Positions 10,817-21,933 of a stretch of DNA of 64,000 bases are shown in pieces. Position 1 is the stretch's first letter; the number at the start of each line of letters is the position of its first letter. The DNA is from Alloascoidea hylecoeti (Eukaryota). A program made the position numbers and the translations under genes. The DNA lies in the NCBI GenBank assembly GCA_001600815.1, contig BCKZ01000001.1:416613-480612 (forward strand). Reading direction: 5' to 3'. The notes under the pieces are model-generated. The model was not told where the DNA came from and did not search any database. It saw only the letters and a program-made list of their open reading frames with translations.

Positions 10817-13090
10817 ATGGCACCAAGAGTGAAAAAGACTTCCAAAATGATTGCTTATAACAATAGGCTGGAATCCTTCGCTAGTGCTAAACTTCCTGGA
10901 GGTCCAAGGAGCCGTAAAATGAAAGTTATCTCCTGGGAACATGCTGTGCCTAGTGCCGAAGATGTAAGTAATGAAATTTCTTTTTAAATGTTGAAAATAT
11001 ATCTAATCCCATTAAAATAGATGGCTCTTGCTGGCTTTTATTATACTCCTACCAAGGACTACCATGATCAAGTTACCTGTTTTTGTTGTGGAACAACAAT
11101 AGATGGATGGCAGGCCCAAGATGATCCACGTAATGTTCACATTTCTTTAAGCCCTGAATGTTCATGGGCAGTTATTCAATTTGGTAGATCTAACTTTGAT
11201 TCAATTAGATCTCATAAAGATTATTCCGTTGAATCATTATATCAATTTTGGTCAGAGAATCCTCAATTTAGTGATCCTTTTAGTGAAGAAAGTACCAAAT
11301 TAAGAAAAAATACTTTTTATACTTATGAAGACCATATTAAATCATGTTGGCCACATGAGAAAAAACGCGGTTGGAAAGTTACCCTTGATAAAATTGTTGA
11401 TGCTGGCTTCTATTATTTACCTACCCAATCAGATGATGATGTCGCTGCCTGTATGTATTGTGGGTTGTCTTTAGAAGGTTGGGAACCAAAAGATGATCCC
11501 ATAGAAGAACATCGACGACGCGGAAATGACTGTTATGCTATAGAATGCCTTGATCATAAAGAATCGAAGCAGAAAGAAAGCAAAGGAAAACGAGGCGTTT
11601 CTAAACGTGCTAGTACAGCTATTACAGCTAGTTCTGCTCCTTCTCCTAAACAAACACGAAAGAGGAAAAGCAGTGCTATGTCTGATGGAAATTCTCAACA
11701 AACTAGTCGAAAAATCAGAACCAGACAATCAAGTAATGGTAGAAGTAGTGTTGCTGCCACGGACGATAGTAATGATGATAAAATCACTTCAGAGGCCGAT
11801 ATTGATAAAATACTTGAAGCTCAAACGTCTCTACTAACACAACTAAATAATATCCCATCTACCGATAAAGAAGGTTCATTGATGGCACCACCGTCTTTAA
11901 CAAATGAAAATTGGGCTCGTTATAGCAGTAACTCAAGTAAAGAAAGCTCTCCAACAGCTATACAAACATTTAACATTTCTCTAGATCCAAGTTCCCGTGA
12001 GGGCTCGAGTCAAGACACACTTATACTTAATACCAGTGAAGAAACGGTGAAAGGATCCAAATCAAAAACTAAAGGTAAGAGACAACCGGTAAAGAAGATA
12101 TCACGATTATCTGTTGAGGCTCCCGAACCAGCAAATTTTGAAATGCATGTGGCTGAAGAAACAAATACTCAAGAGTCTGACTTAATAAATAAAGAAACTA
12201 CGAAAAAGGGTAAGAATGTAAAGAAGAAAACTCGTAAAGGAGGTAAACAAAAAACTAAGATGGAAGAGAATGAAAGAAATATTTCTGAATCCAAGGAAAA
12301 TGGTTTGAAAGAAAATCCATCCTTTTCAGAAAACAAGGATATCGACGAATCTGATATGAATATTAATAAGGCAATAACAGAAGAGAATTCTCCCTTCAAA
12401 CGTTTAGTACATTCAAAGGGTGTGAAGAATCTTTCAGCTTTAGTAAAGTCAGAACCAGAGAAATACACGAATATATCTGATATACCAGAAAATATAGAAC
12501 CCGAAGCACTTGAAGAACCTGAAGAGGGTATTGATGTTAAAGATACAGAATCAAATCCTAAGTCCGATTCAAGTCCTATTAAAAATTCTACCCCACCAAA
12601 AGGTCATACTAATGCGCATCCCTTACCGGAACTTCCACAATTGGAACTGGAACTCCCACATTTAGTTAGTAAACTGCAATTGGAAACCTCACAGATGGAA
12701 AAAGAAAACATTCCTCATCTTGGTGTAAATGATTCTAAAGATCTTGTTCAAATGACACCAATATCATCACCTGGTTATGTGCGTCAGACATCAGATGTCA
12801 AATGGTCACCAATAAATACTGATTGTGTTTTTGAACCAATAAATGATGTTGCTCAAAAGGCCGAATTTCTAAATACAATGTCACAATCTTCAACTGTTGC
12901 AGAGTTAAATAATTTTGTTCTTAAACTTCCTGATGAAGAATTGGATATGACTATTGAAGATTGGGTGAAATATAACGCAGAAATGGGTGAAAAATTATTA
13001 TTTAATGGATGTAAATCTATTGTTGATATGATTCGAAGTGAAGGAGAAAAAGCGAAGGAAGTATTGAGAAATCTTCCAACTGAAGGTTAG
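10817..13090 (+). CDS. BIR1: Survivin-like IAP, chromosomal passenger complex subunit; 2 exons
   Basis: Exon 10817-10963 and intron 10964-11020 (GTAAGT...CTAAT...TAG). Two BIR domains (CFCC...H...C; CMYCGLSLEGWEPKDDPIEEH...C) and a C-terminal MTIEDW motif. Confidence 0.9.
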
Positions 13091-13664
13091 CAAAAATCCC
13101 CTTTAAAAAAAGTTTATTGTAAAGAAATTTCAAAGTTTTGTATTAAGTAGGTCACTATTATGTTTTTTTTTTCTCATTTGTTGATTCCTTGTGTATTATT
13201 ATCTTGTTTTATATAAATGAATCAACTGTCATCTTTAATTTATAAGCAGAAATGCATTATGTTCTGGCTATGTTATATATATTTATATTCGCATCTACAC
13301 TTTTACATAAATATATATACCGGTTCAGACTCTAGATGTTTATAATCTAGTTTCATAATGCTTTTTTTTAACCCTCAAGTCCCATTATTTAAAAATAAAT
13401 ATTAATAAAAATATAAGTTATTGCCTGTGCTAACATTTACGTATACCACAATACATGCAAAAAAAGAAAAAACTTACATAGAAAGACAGAAACATTTCAA
13501 TAATATGCATAAGTTATTCATTTGGTATTTTATTTTTTCATACGACATTTGGCCCCTCCATGGAACATGAATATATTTCAGTTGGGCTTCACTTTAAATA
13601 TATGTCACCTTCCTGATCAGCGAACACATGGCTTTAATCTATTGTAGATTATTAGTAAAATAGT

Positions 13665-16034
13665 TTAAGCATCTAGCATTTGAACATCACGTTCATCATG
13701 TTGACCTTGTGCATGTTGGACATCTTGAGTGTTTACATTTCGAACATGTTGATCTTGAACCTGCTGAATAGTTGGATTGACTTGATTATCATTTAGTTGA
13801 GTTTGTGAAATAGTACCCAGTGCCCGTAATCTAGGAACATCAAACATATTTAAGAATTCATGGGCTTCATTTTGGGTACCCATATTATCCATATTAATAA
13901 CAGGTAAAACAAGACCTCTATTATTATTATTATTTCCATTTCCAATCGCAGTTTCATTACTTTCATTATTTTGTTCTGTTTGGATACCATTATCAAGTCT
14001 ACCTTGGTCTCTTGTTATATTTAGTAACCTTCTATTTAATTCATTGTTTCTCCTTCTAGCAATAATCGCAAGATCATTCATTTGTCTAACTCCCCAATTT
14101 ATTGGCGGTAAAAATTGACCTGGATTGAAAAGTTGTGGACGGGGTAAGAATGGAGTTGGAATACCTCTTGTTTCTTCTTCATTGCCCATATCTCTAAGAG
14201 TTGCATTTACATCTGGGAAAGCATCTCTAAACGGAGGCAAAATAAAATCATTAAAGTTCCCATTAGTATTATTTTCATTATCATTATCATCATTATTATT
14301 ATTGTTATTATCATTCTGAATATTGGTACCACGGAATGTACTTTGGTTTTCAGGCTGTGGCAATAAATGCATTATACTACCAAAATTCAATATAGTATCA
14401 GGAGCACTAAAATATCTCATTAATTCTTTTCTTAAATTATCAACACCTACACCACTGAAAACGCAAAACAATTGTTTTTGTCCCTCATTAAACTCTGATG
14501 GTGGTGAACGACAATGCCTTGTAAAATCAGGTACTAAAAATGCATTTATACCAGTTAAACTTAAATGAGTGACTCTTTTACAAGCCATTAATAAACGGTA
14601 TATTGGGTAAAGTCCTAAGTTTGTGCAATAAGATAAATGAATTCTTTCCAATGTATCATCAGCTTGTCTATTTCTTACTAAAGTAAGTATTCCTTCATCT
14701 GTAATATTTGAGCATTTCACTAAACCGATTCTTTTTAATCTTGGTAGTAAAGCCAACTCAGCAAGAGTTTGATTTGTAAGTTGAGTACAACATGCTAAAT
14801 CAATATATTGTAATTTAGTACAACTTCTAACCAATTGTTGAACACCATAATCAGTTATATTTGAACAATGACCAAGATGAACATAATGTAAAGTTTTCCC
14901 AAGTTTTGAAAATAATTTTAATGACCTGTCAGTTATATTTGAACACTTTGATAATATAACATTTCTTAATCTTGGTGTATGTTTAATAATTGATTCAACA
15001 GTTTTATCAGTAATATTTGTACAAGAAGTTAAATCTAAAACTCTTAATCTATCAAAAATTAAATCATTATCAAAATTTATAAATGCTCTATCATTTATAT
15101 TTTCATTAAAAGCAATTCTAAATTCTCTTAAACTTCTTAATTCGATAAGTAATCGATGTATTGGATCATTTGTAATATTTCTACAACCATAAAAATCAAT
15201 TTCAACTAAAGACGGACAATTTGTTAAAATTGCATAGGCTGATGTATCGCTTAAACAATTACATTGTGTTAATTTAATTCTTTTTAACATTTTGCAATTG
15301 AAAGCCAAGTCAACAACAGATTCATCGGTTAAAGCTGAACAATTTGAACAATACATTCCTTGTAATCTTTTACAGGTTTGAGAAAGAGCATTTATTGTTC
15401 CATTTGTAACAGCACCAGTATTTGAAATATCGATTGATTGTAGACTTGGATTATTTTTAATTATTGGTATTAAGGAATCATCTCCTAAATTAACACAATT
15501 TGTAAGGGATAATCTTTCCAAATTATCACAGACGTTAAAAGTTACCATTAGTTCATCAGTTATAGAATCTGCCAGATTTGTTAGATTTAATCTTCTAATA
15601 TATGAAGCGTATTTATAAGTTTGGGATTCTGATTTTATTGTAGTGAAGAGAAGTTGCAAGATGGATTTGTTTGTAATGTTGGGTCTGTACCAAATCATCT
15701 CGATCAACAAATCGCACCAAGCTCGACATGTCGTGAGAGCAGTCGTGTAAGCAGCCTTATCTGGAAGATGATTAAAAATCAAAAGAAGAACTTCCGCCGG
15801 TAAAACAGATATTGGTGATTTTTGCTTATGTTGTTGATAAAGATCGACGGAGGTGGCGGAGAATCGACGAACCGAGTCATTATTATCTTTATTATGAGAA
15901 GGAGGTTGATAAGGACCATTCCAACTATTAACAAGCCCTTCATCAGCTGTGTAACCTTCCTGTCCGAGTTCATGATCGAGTTCCATTCCGTCGTGTTCTG
16001 ATTGTGAGTCGCTATTTTGATCGTGGTCGGTCAT
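13665..16034 (-). CDS. GRR1: F-box/LRR SCF substrate receptor
   Basis: F-box (SPISVLPAEVLLLIF), YIRRLNL, many AMN1-type LRRs (LHYVHLGHC, YIDLACC, LKRIGLVKC, LERIHLSYC), THLSLTG and FCVFSG. Confidence 0.95.
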   Translation of the reverse strand: MTDHDQNSDSQSEHDGMELDHELGQEGYTADEGLVNSWNGPYQPPSHNKDNNDSVRRFSATSVDLYQQHKQKSPISVLPAEVLLLIFNHLPDKAAYTTALTTCRAWCDLLIEMIWYRPNITNKSILQLLFTTIKSESQTYKYASYIRRLNLTNLADSITDELMVTFNVCDNLERLSLTNCVNLGDDSLIPIIKNNPSLQSIDISNTGAVTNGTINALSQTCKRLQGMYCSNCSALTDESVVDLAFNCKMLKRIKLTQCNCLSDTSAYAILTNCPSLVEIDFYGCRNITNDPIHRLLIELRSLREFRIAFNENINDRAFINFDNDLIFDRLRVLDLTSCTNITDKTVESIIKHTPRLRNVILSKCSNITDRSLKLFSKLGKTLHYVHLGHCSNITDYGVQQLVRSCTKLQYIDLACCTQLTNQTLAELALLPRLKRIGLVKCSNITDEGILTLVRNRQADDTLERIHLSYCTNLGLYPIYRLLMACKRVTHLSLTGINAFLVPDFTRHCRSPPSEFNEGQKQLFCVFSGVGVDNLRKELMRYFSAPDTILNFGSIMHLLPQPENQSTFRGTNIQNDNNNNNNDDNDNENNTNGNFNDFILPPFRDAFPDVNATLRDMGNEEETRGIPTPFLPRPQLFNPGQFLPPINWGVRQMNDLAIIARRRNNELNRRLLNITRDQGRLDNGIQTEQNNESNETAIGNGNNNNNRGLVLPVINMDNMGTQNEAHEFLNMFDVPRLRALGTISQTQLNDNQVNPTIQQVQDQHVRNVNTQDVQHAQGQHDERDVQMLDA

Positions 16035-16882
16035 TCTTGCTGTTTTGCACCAACAAGTGTGTGAGTGTATGAATGTAATGCAATGTGTTTGTGTTTGTGT
16101 TTCTGTGCATGTTAGGTTTTCTACATGAATTTATTTTAGCTTATAATTTAATAATCAATAACTTATATTTATTTATTTATATTTATAAAAGAGTGTTTGT
16201 TTTATTACTTATTCAATTTATTCAATTTAAATTGAACATTTAATATATAGGATGTTATAAAGAAATAAATGGGAAAAATGAATGTTTAGTTTGCATTTTA
16301 TATATATACAAATTTTTTTTAAATAAACTGCTAAATGCGAAATCGAAATGAAAGGGACAAAAAAAAAAAAATAAGAAAAAAAGAAATCTTGCATATTCTT
16401 TAGTTGAAAAAACTGTTTGTTTATTGCCCACAACTTTAAATTTTGGTGTATTGGGTTGCAATTAGTTTCAAGTTTTTTTTTTTAAATATTTTTTTAAAAC
16501 AATAAATAAATTATCAAATGATTAAAAGAATAAAATGTAAATTTTCTACCTTTCATTTTTATTCTTTATTAATATTGTGGGTTTATTTACTTTACCACAA
16601 ATCATGTCTTTAGATATATAAAAAGAAATTAAATAAAATAAGAAACTTTTTTAAATTCATATCATGTCAGGGGTAATTTTTTATTATCCTCCCCCTTTTT
16701 TTTGTTTGTTTGTTTAAGTTTTGACGTTGTTGTTTTTTTTGGTTGTTTTTTTAATGTGTATATAGAAAATGATTTTTTTTTATTATATATGTTTGTTTTA
16801 TGTGCTTATCTCTGTTTATGTTTTTTTATATGTTTTTTTGTTCTTGTTTATAATTAAATTTATTTTTCAAAATAATTTTCAT

Positions 16883-17453
16883 TTATTTCATTAAGTTCAT
16901 ATCAGTCATCATTAAATTATTATCTAAAGATGATTGATTAATAGACATTTGATCAAATTGATCAATAAAATTAAGATTATTGTTTCCAATATTAATATCA
17001 TTATTATTACTGTTATTTGCGTTGTTATTTGCAATATTATTATTAGTAGTATTATTTGAATTATTATTGTTCATAAAAGATAATGCGGATGAAAAATCTG
17101 AAAGACCAATATTATTATTTGAAATATTACTCAAGTTTTGTGATGATGATGAAATTAATTGAAAATTACTAATATATGGATTATCAATACCGGATGATGA
17201 ATTATTATTTTCTAATAATGATAAATTACTACCATTATTATTATTATTATTATTATTATTAGTACTAGTAGTATTATTATTGCGAGAACCACCAACAATA
17301 TTATGATTTTTCATCAATTTCATTTTCAATACATTGTTATTATTATTAGTATTGTTTAAAGGATTATGTAGATGATTATTATTATGATGATGTCCTCGTC
17401 TATTACCATTCCCATTTCCACTTCCATTTCCATTAATAGATTGTTGTTGTTGA

Positions 17454-17484
<31 letters not shown>

Positions 17485-20278
17485 TACTGTTATTTCTACT
17501 TGAAAGTCCAACTTCTTCTAATAATCGTTTATATCCAGAACCATTAGCATTAATTTTAATTAATATTTTTTTAATTTGATTAATTGCAATTAATTTACCT
17601 TCTCCTTCAAGTATTGAACTAGTTAGAACTTTATAAATAAAAGTTGGTCCATGGTTGGAATCTCTTAAAATATATTCAAGTGTTGAAATTTGATTATCTG
17701 ATTTTTGATTTTGATTTTGATTATTTTCTAATGTTTGTGATGATGGTGATTCATCAAATAGAGCATTTAAAATAAGTTGTTGAACTTTTGGGTCTTCATT
17801 ATAATTTAAAACTTTTAAAACGGTTAATCCAGCTAATTTATGAGTACAAAGTGAAACTAAATAAGGTAATAATTTAGGAGCTAAAATAGAATGACGATTT
17901 GGTAAATTACAAGAATCTAAAAACCAATTTAACAATAATGAACCATTTGAATTTGTTGATAATTGAATTGAATATAAAACAATCATTCCAGAAATCATTG
18001 TTTTTTGTTGATTATTAATTAATTGACTTTCTAAACATGTTCTAATTGCTCTTGAACCAAATCTACCTTGACTAATTAACCAAAAATTAGATAATAAAGT
18101 TTCAAATATAAAATTATTATAAATAGAATTAAATTTTAAACAACATTGTAAAACATAATTACCAAATTGATCATTAAATAATGGTATTGTATAAATATGT
18201 AAATTTAAACTTATTAAATTTTTTGATCTTGAAGAATTTGAACAAACATCAATAATTTTTTGAATTGCCCATGTACCATTTTTATGTATACCAATTTGTG
18301 AAATAAATGGACAAATTTGTCTTAACATTAAATCTTTTATTGGTTCTGAACATAAATCAAATAATTTTTGAACAATTGTATTACCAAGATAATCATAAGA
18401 TAATTCAGCAATTTCATCAAGCATTGATAAAGCAATTTCTTCAATTTCTTCTAATCCTCCAGTATTACCATTTCCTGGTGATGATTGTTCATTTGAATTA
18501 TTAATATAATTATCAATTTTTTTACGAATTTCTCTTAATTTTGATGCATCATATTCACGATCTTGTTTTGGTTCAGGTAATGGAGGAATAGTTGTTTCTA
18601 AAAATTTATAATTTATTGAATTATTAATTGATTTTTCAGTTAATTTAATTTCTTCATCACTTAAACCTAATTTTTTAACAATTGATAAAAGTTCAGAAGA
18701 AATTTTTGATAATACTGCTGGTTCACCAATTGATAAAGCTCTATTTCTATTTTTATTATTATTGTTATTATTGTTACTATTATTATTTGAGGTTGATGAT
18801 GATGTTGAAGATGGATGTAATTGATCAATTGAAATTTGTGGTGATGAATTTGAATCAATTGAAATTGATTGATTTCTTAAAAAATCATTATTTAAATTAT
18901 TATTATTAAATAAATCACCACCTAATGATCTTTTATTATTATTTATATTATTAAATTTTGCAAAAGAAATAATACATCTTATTCCAGGTACAAATTCTTG
19001 ATTATTTAAAGTATTTTTACATTGAATTGAAGATTCTAAATTATCAAATCTTATAAAAGAAGCAATTGAATTTGAATTTAATGAAGGATCTTGATTTGAC
19101 ATTTCTAATATTTGAACATTACCAAAATTTAATAAAATTGAATGTAATGTTGATGGAGTTATTGATGATGGTAAATTTGCAAGATATAATATATTTGTTG
19201 GACCAATAGAAGGATCTTGAAATGCAGTAATCCAATTTGAATTCGAAGATTGATTTTGTAATTGATTTTGTAATTGATTTTGTAATTGATTTTGATACTT
19301 TGGAATTGAAGAATTTAACATACCACTAATTGTTTGAGCTCTGCCTCTTGGATGAGGATGAGGATTAAGTAAAGAAGTTTGAGAATGATGAAGAGGATGG
19401 GATGAATAATTATCAGATGGAAAAAGAGGAGCTAATCGACTTGTATTAATTTCAGATGATCTTTGTCGTAAATGGCGTGGTTGCTGAGGTAATAAAGAAG
19501 CAAATTGAGAAGACAAATTTGTGTTTGAATTTGAAGATTCTGGTAATAAATAACGTTGTTGATTTAAATTTGTTAAACTTGAATTCATGTTTGGGTTCAT
19601 GTTTGATAAATTTGATAAATTTGATATATTAGGATCAGAAATGATCAAATCATCATTTAAGAAATTAACACTACGATTCATTAAAGCATTTGTAGTTGTG
19701 TAAGATCTGGACCTGGGATGATTAAGCAATGAGTCATCTAAGATGGAAGGAGAAGTTGAAGCCCAAATATTTGAAGTAGTGTTGTTTTGTTTTGGGAACC
19801 CAACATTTTCCGAGATTGAGGCATTGGAGAAAGGAGAATATCTTTGTTGTTCTAATGGAGCCAATAACGAACCGGATCGGAGACGGGAATTTTGGAAACC
19901 TATCTGTTCCGGGACCTCAGAGATGGTCAATCCAGCGGACAGTCCGGTGGTCGTCGGAAAGCTAGGGTTGAACCCTCCAAAAGCGTTCGACAGCCGGGAT
20001 TGTGTCACCGAAGTCCTCCCCAAAGTAGTGTCTGGGTTGGCGAAGCTGGAGGGCAGAGTGCCGGCTCTGCCTCTGCTTTTGGAGAGGAATTGGAAACGGG
20101 ATGTGTTGACAGCAGGGGGTTCGATAGAAAACTCCGGGAAGGCCACGGGTTGCTGGGGGCCAGAGCCAGGGGAGGGCTGGAGGTTGAGGGTGTCTGGCTT
20201 GGGGGCTTGGGGGTCCTGCGGGTCCGTGCGGGGGTGCCCTGGGGAGCCTGGAGACACGTGGGGGCTTAGAACATTCAT
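16883..20278 (-). CDS. JSN1: Pumilio-repeat plus RRM RNA-binding protein (Jsn1/Puf2 type)
   Basis: RRM (ILYLANLP...ISFAK), KLREIRKKID, and PUF repeats DYLGNTIVQKLF, HKNGTWAIQKII, DQFGNYVLQCCL, GRFGSRAIRTCLE. Asn-rich low-complexity tails. Confidence 0.9.
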
Positions 20279-20441
20279 ACAGAACAGAAGCAGTTGGGAT
20301 CTGGAAAAGTGCTGTCAATTAAGTTACTGACAGGAAGAAAACAAAAAAACTAATTCGTAGATCGGTCACGTGGCACATCCTCCCCAGATACATCCGTACA
20401 CACAGTCGTTTTTCTTCACTTCAGCACCAGCACCAGCACCG

Positions 20442-21662
20442 ATGGCTTTGATAGATGACTACAGTGACTCAGAGTCTGATTCTGACACAGAGCAAACAAG
20501 TATAATTAAAAAAGTGCTTCCAACTAGAAAGACGAAAAACAAACCAAGTATATTGGTAGTTTCAAGATCAACGACAGATAATAAAAAAGACACAAATGAA
20601 AAAATTCATAATATAAACATAAATGAAATAAATGAAATAAATGAAATAAATGAAATAAATGAAATAAATGAAATAAATGAAATAAATGAAATAAATGAAA
20701 TAAATGAAATAAATCAAGGTAAAAGTAAAAGTAAAGGTGTATTTTCATCATTATTATCTGCTCCAACGAATAAAAAGAAGATTAACAATGGTAATTTAAA
20801 TAATTTCAAATCCACCCCTGATAATGATAACAATAGTATTAATAATTATGATGATGATAATATTAATGAATTCGGTGAAACAGTAAGTTCCGATAATACT
20901 TCATTATCAATATCAACACAAATAGACGATACTATTAAAAAGAATGCACCATTAAGTAGAAAAACAAGAACTTTGGGTGGTGGGATTAAAAATATATATT
21001 TTGATGGAGAAATAAATATTCCAAACATCAGTAGTTTTAGTAATGGTGAACAGGTGAAGAGGAAAATTGTGCCCGCTTCAGTGCTGGCAAGACAGGCGAA
21101 ACTGTTAGCTCAAGGTAAATGCATTGCAAGTTCAAATGCAACTCCAAATGCAACATCAGAAATTACAATGAATGACATTGCTGAAAAGGGGGTATCTCAA
21201 TCAAAGACAATCAAACCCTATGATAATAAAAAGGATAATAATATAGGGTCACAGTCATTATTTCCAATTGATAATAAAAAGAATCATCCAATATCCTCAT
21301 TGGTATATAATAACTTGGCGGGTGATTATAAACCATTAATCGAATCGAAGGACATAACGGTATATGATCAACAAGAGATATCTAAAAATAACCCTGCTGA
21401 TAATAGCAGCAGAACCAAAGATAAAAATAGGAACAGGAAGATAATAGATTTCAATATGGATGAGTTCTATCGAAGTAACGATACGCTGAGGAGCCAGGGA
21501 TTGTTGGCAGAGTCTCACGCACCGATCAAAACGATTTCAGGAGGCAAACATCAGATCTCCAGTTTAATTAAAACCGCACAGGCCAATAAAGACAAGTTGG
21601 AAGAGAAATTCGAGCAGGAGAGGAGAAAACGGAAGGCAGGTAGAGCCAAGTATGGTTTCTAG
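20442..21662 (+). CDS. PRCC C-terminal domain protein
   Basis: N-terminus MALIDDYSDSE and C-terminus GKHQISSL...LEEKF...RKAGRAKYGF match my recollection of fungal PRCC-family proteins. The first ATG is at 20442. Confidence 0.75.
   Translation: MALIDDYSDSESDSDTEQTSIIKKVLPTRKTKNKPSILVVSRSTTDNKKDTNEKIHNININEINEINEINEINEINEINEINEINEINEINQGKSKSKGVFSSLLSAPTNKKKINNGNLNNFKSTPDNDNNSINNYDDDNINEFGETVSSDNTSLSISTQIDDTIKKNAPLSRKTRTLGGGIKNIYFDGEINIPNISSFSNGEQVKRKIVPASVLARQAKLLAQGKCIASSNATPNATSEITMNDIAEKGVSQSKTIKPYDNKKDNNIGSQSLFPIDNKKNHPISSLVYNNLAGDYKPLIESKDITVYDQQEISKNNPADNSSRTKDKNRNRKIIDFNMDEFYRSNDTLRSQGLLAESHAPIKTISGGKHQISSLIKTAQANKDKLEEKFEQERRKRKAGRAKYGF
20619..20708 (+). repeat. Perfect 9-bp tandem repeat (ATAAATGAA)x10 encoding (INE)10
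   Basis: Read directly from the sequence; in frame within the PRCC-like ORF. Confidence 0.97.
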
Positions 21663-21933
21663 TGTCTGAGAATGTAATATAAGATGGACATATATCTCAA
21701 ATATCTAAAAATAGCAGGATATACGGATATACGACGTACAATCAGTAAAGGAAATACGACCTCTGCAGCTGCATGCATGTAAATGGCTCGTAAAGGTTAA
21801 TCACAGTATTGTATTATTATAATACTTCAACTTTCAATTTAAGTTTAAATTTGACAATCCAATTCGTTATGCATGGCATAATATGGCTATTTATAGTAAT
21901 CTCCATTAGCAGTTATTAATTAATAATTACTAA

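Noticed and set aside
19743..20330. Multiple overlapping antisense or alternative-frame ORFs here and at 24236-25059
   Set aside because: Expected from stop-codon scarcity in GC-rich islands; no recognisable domains.
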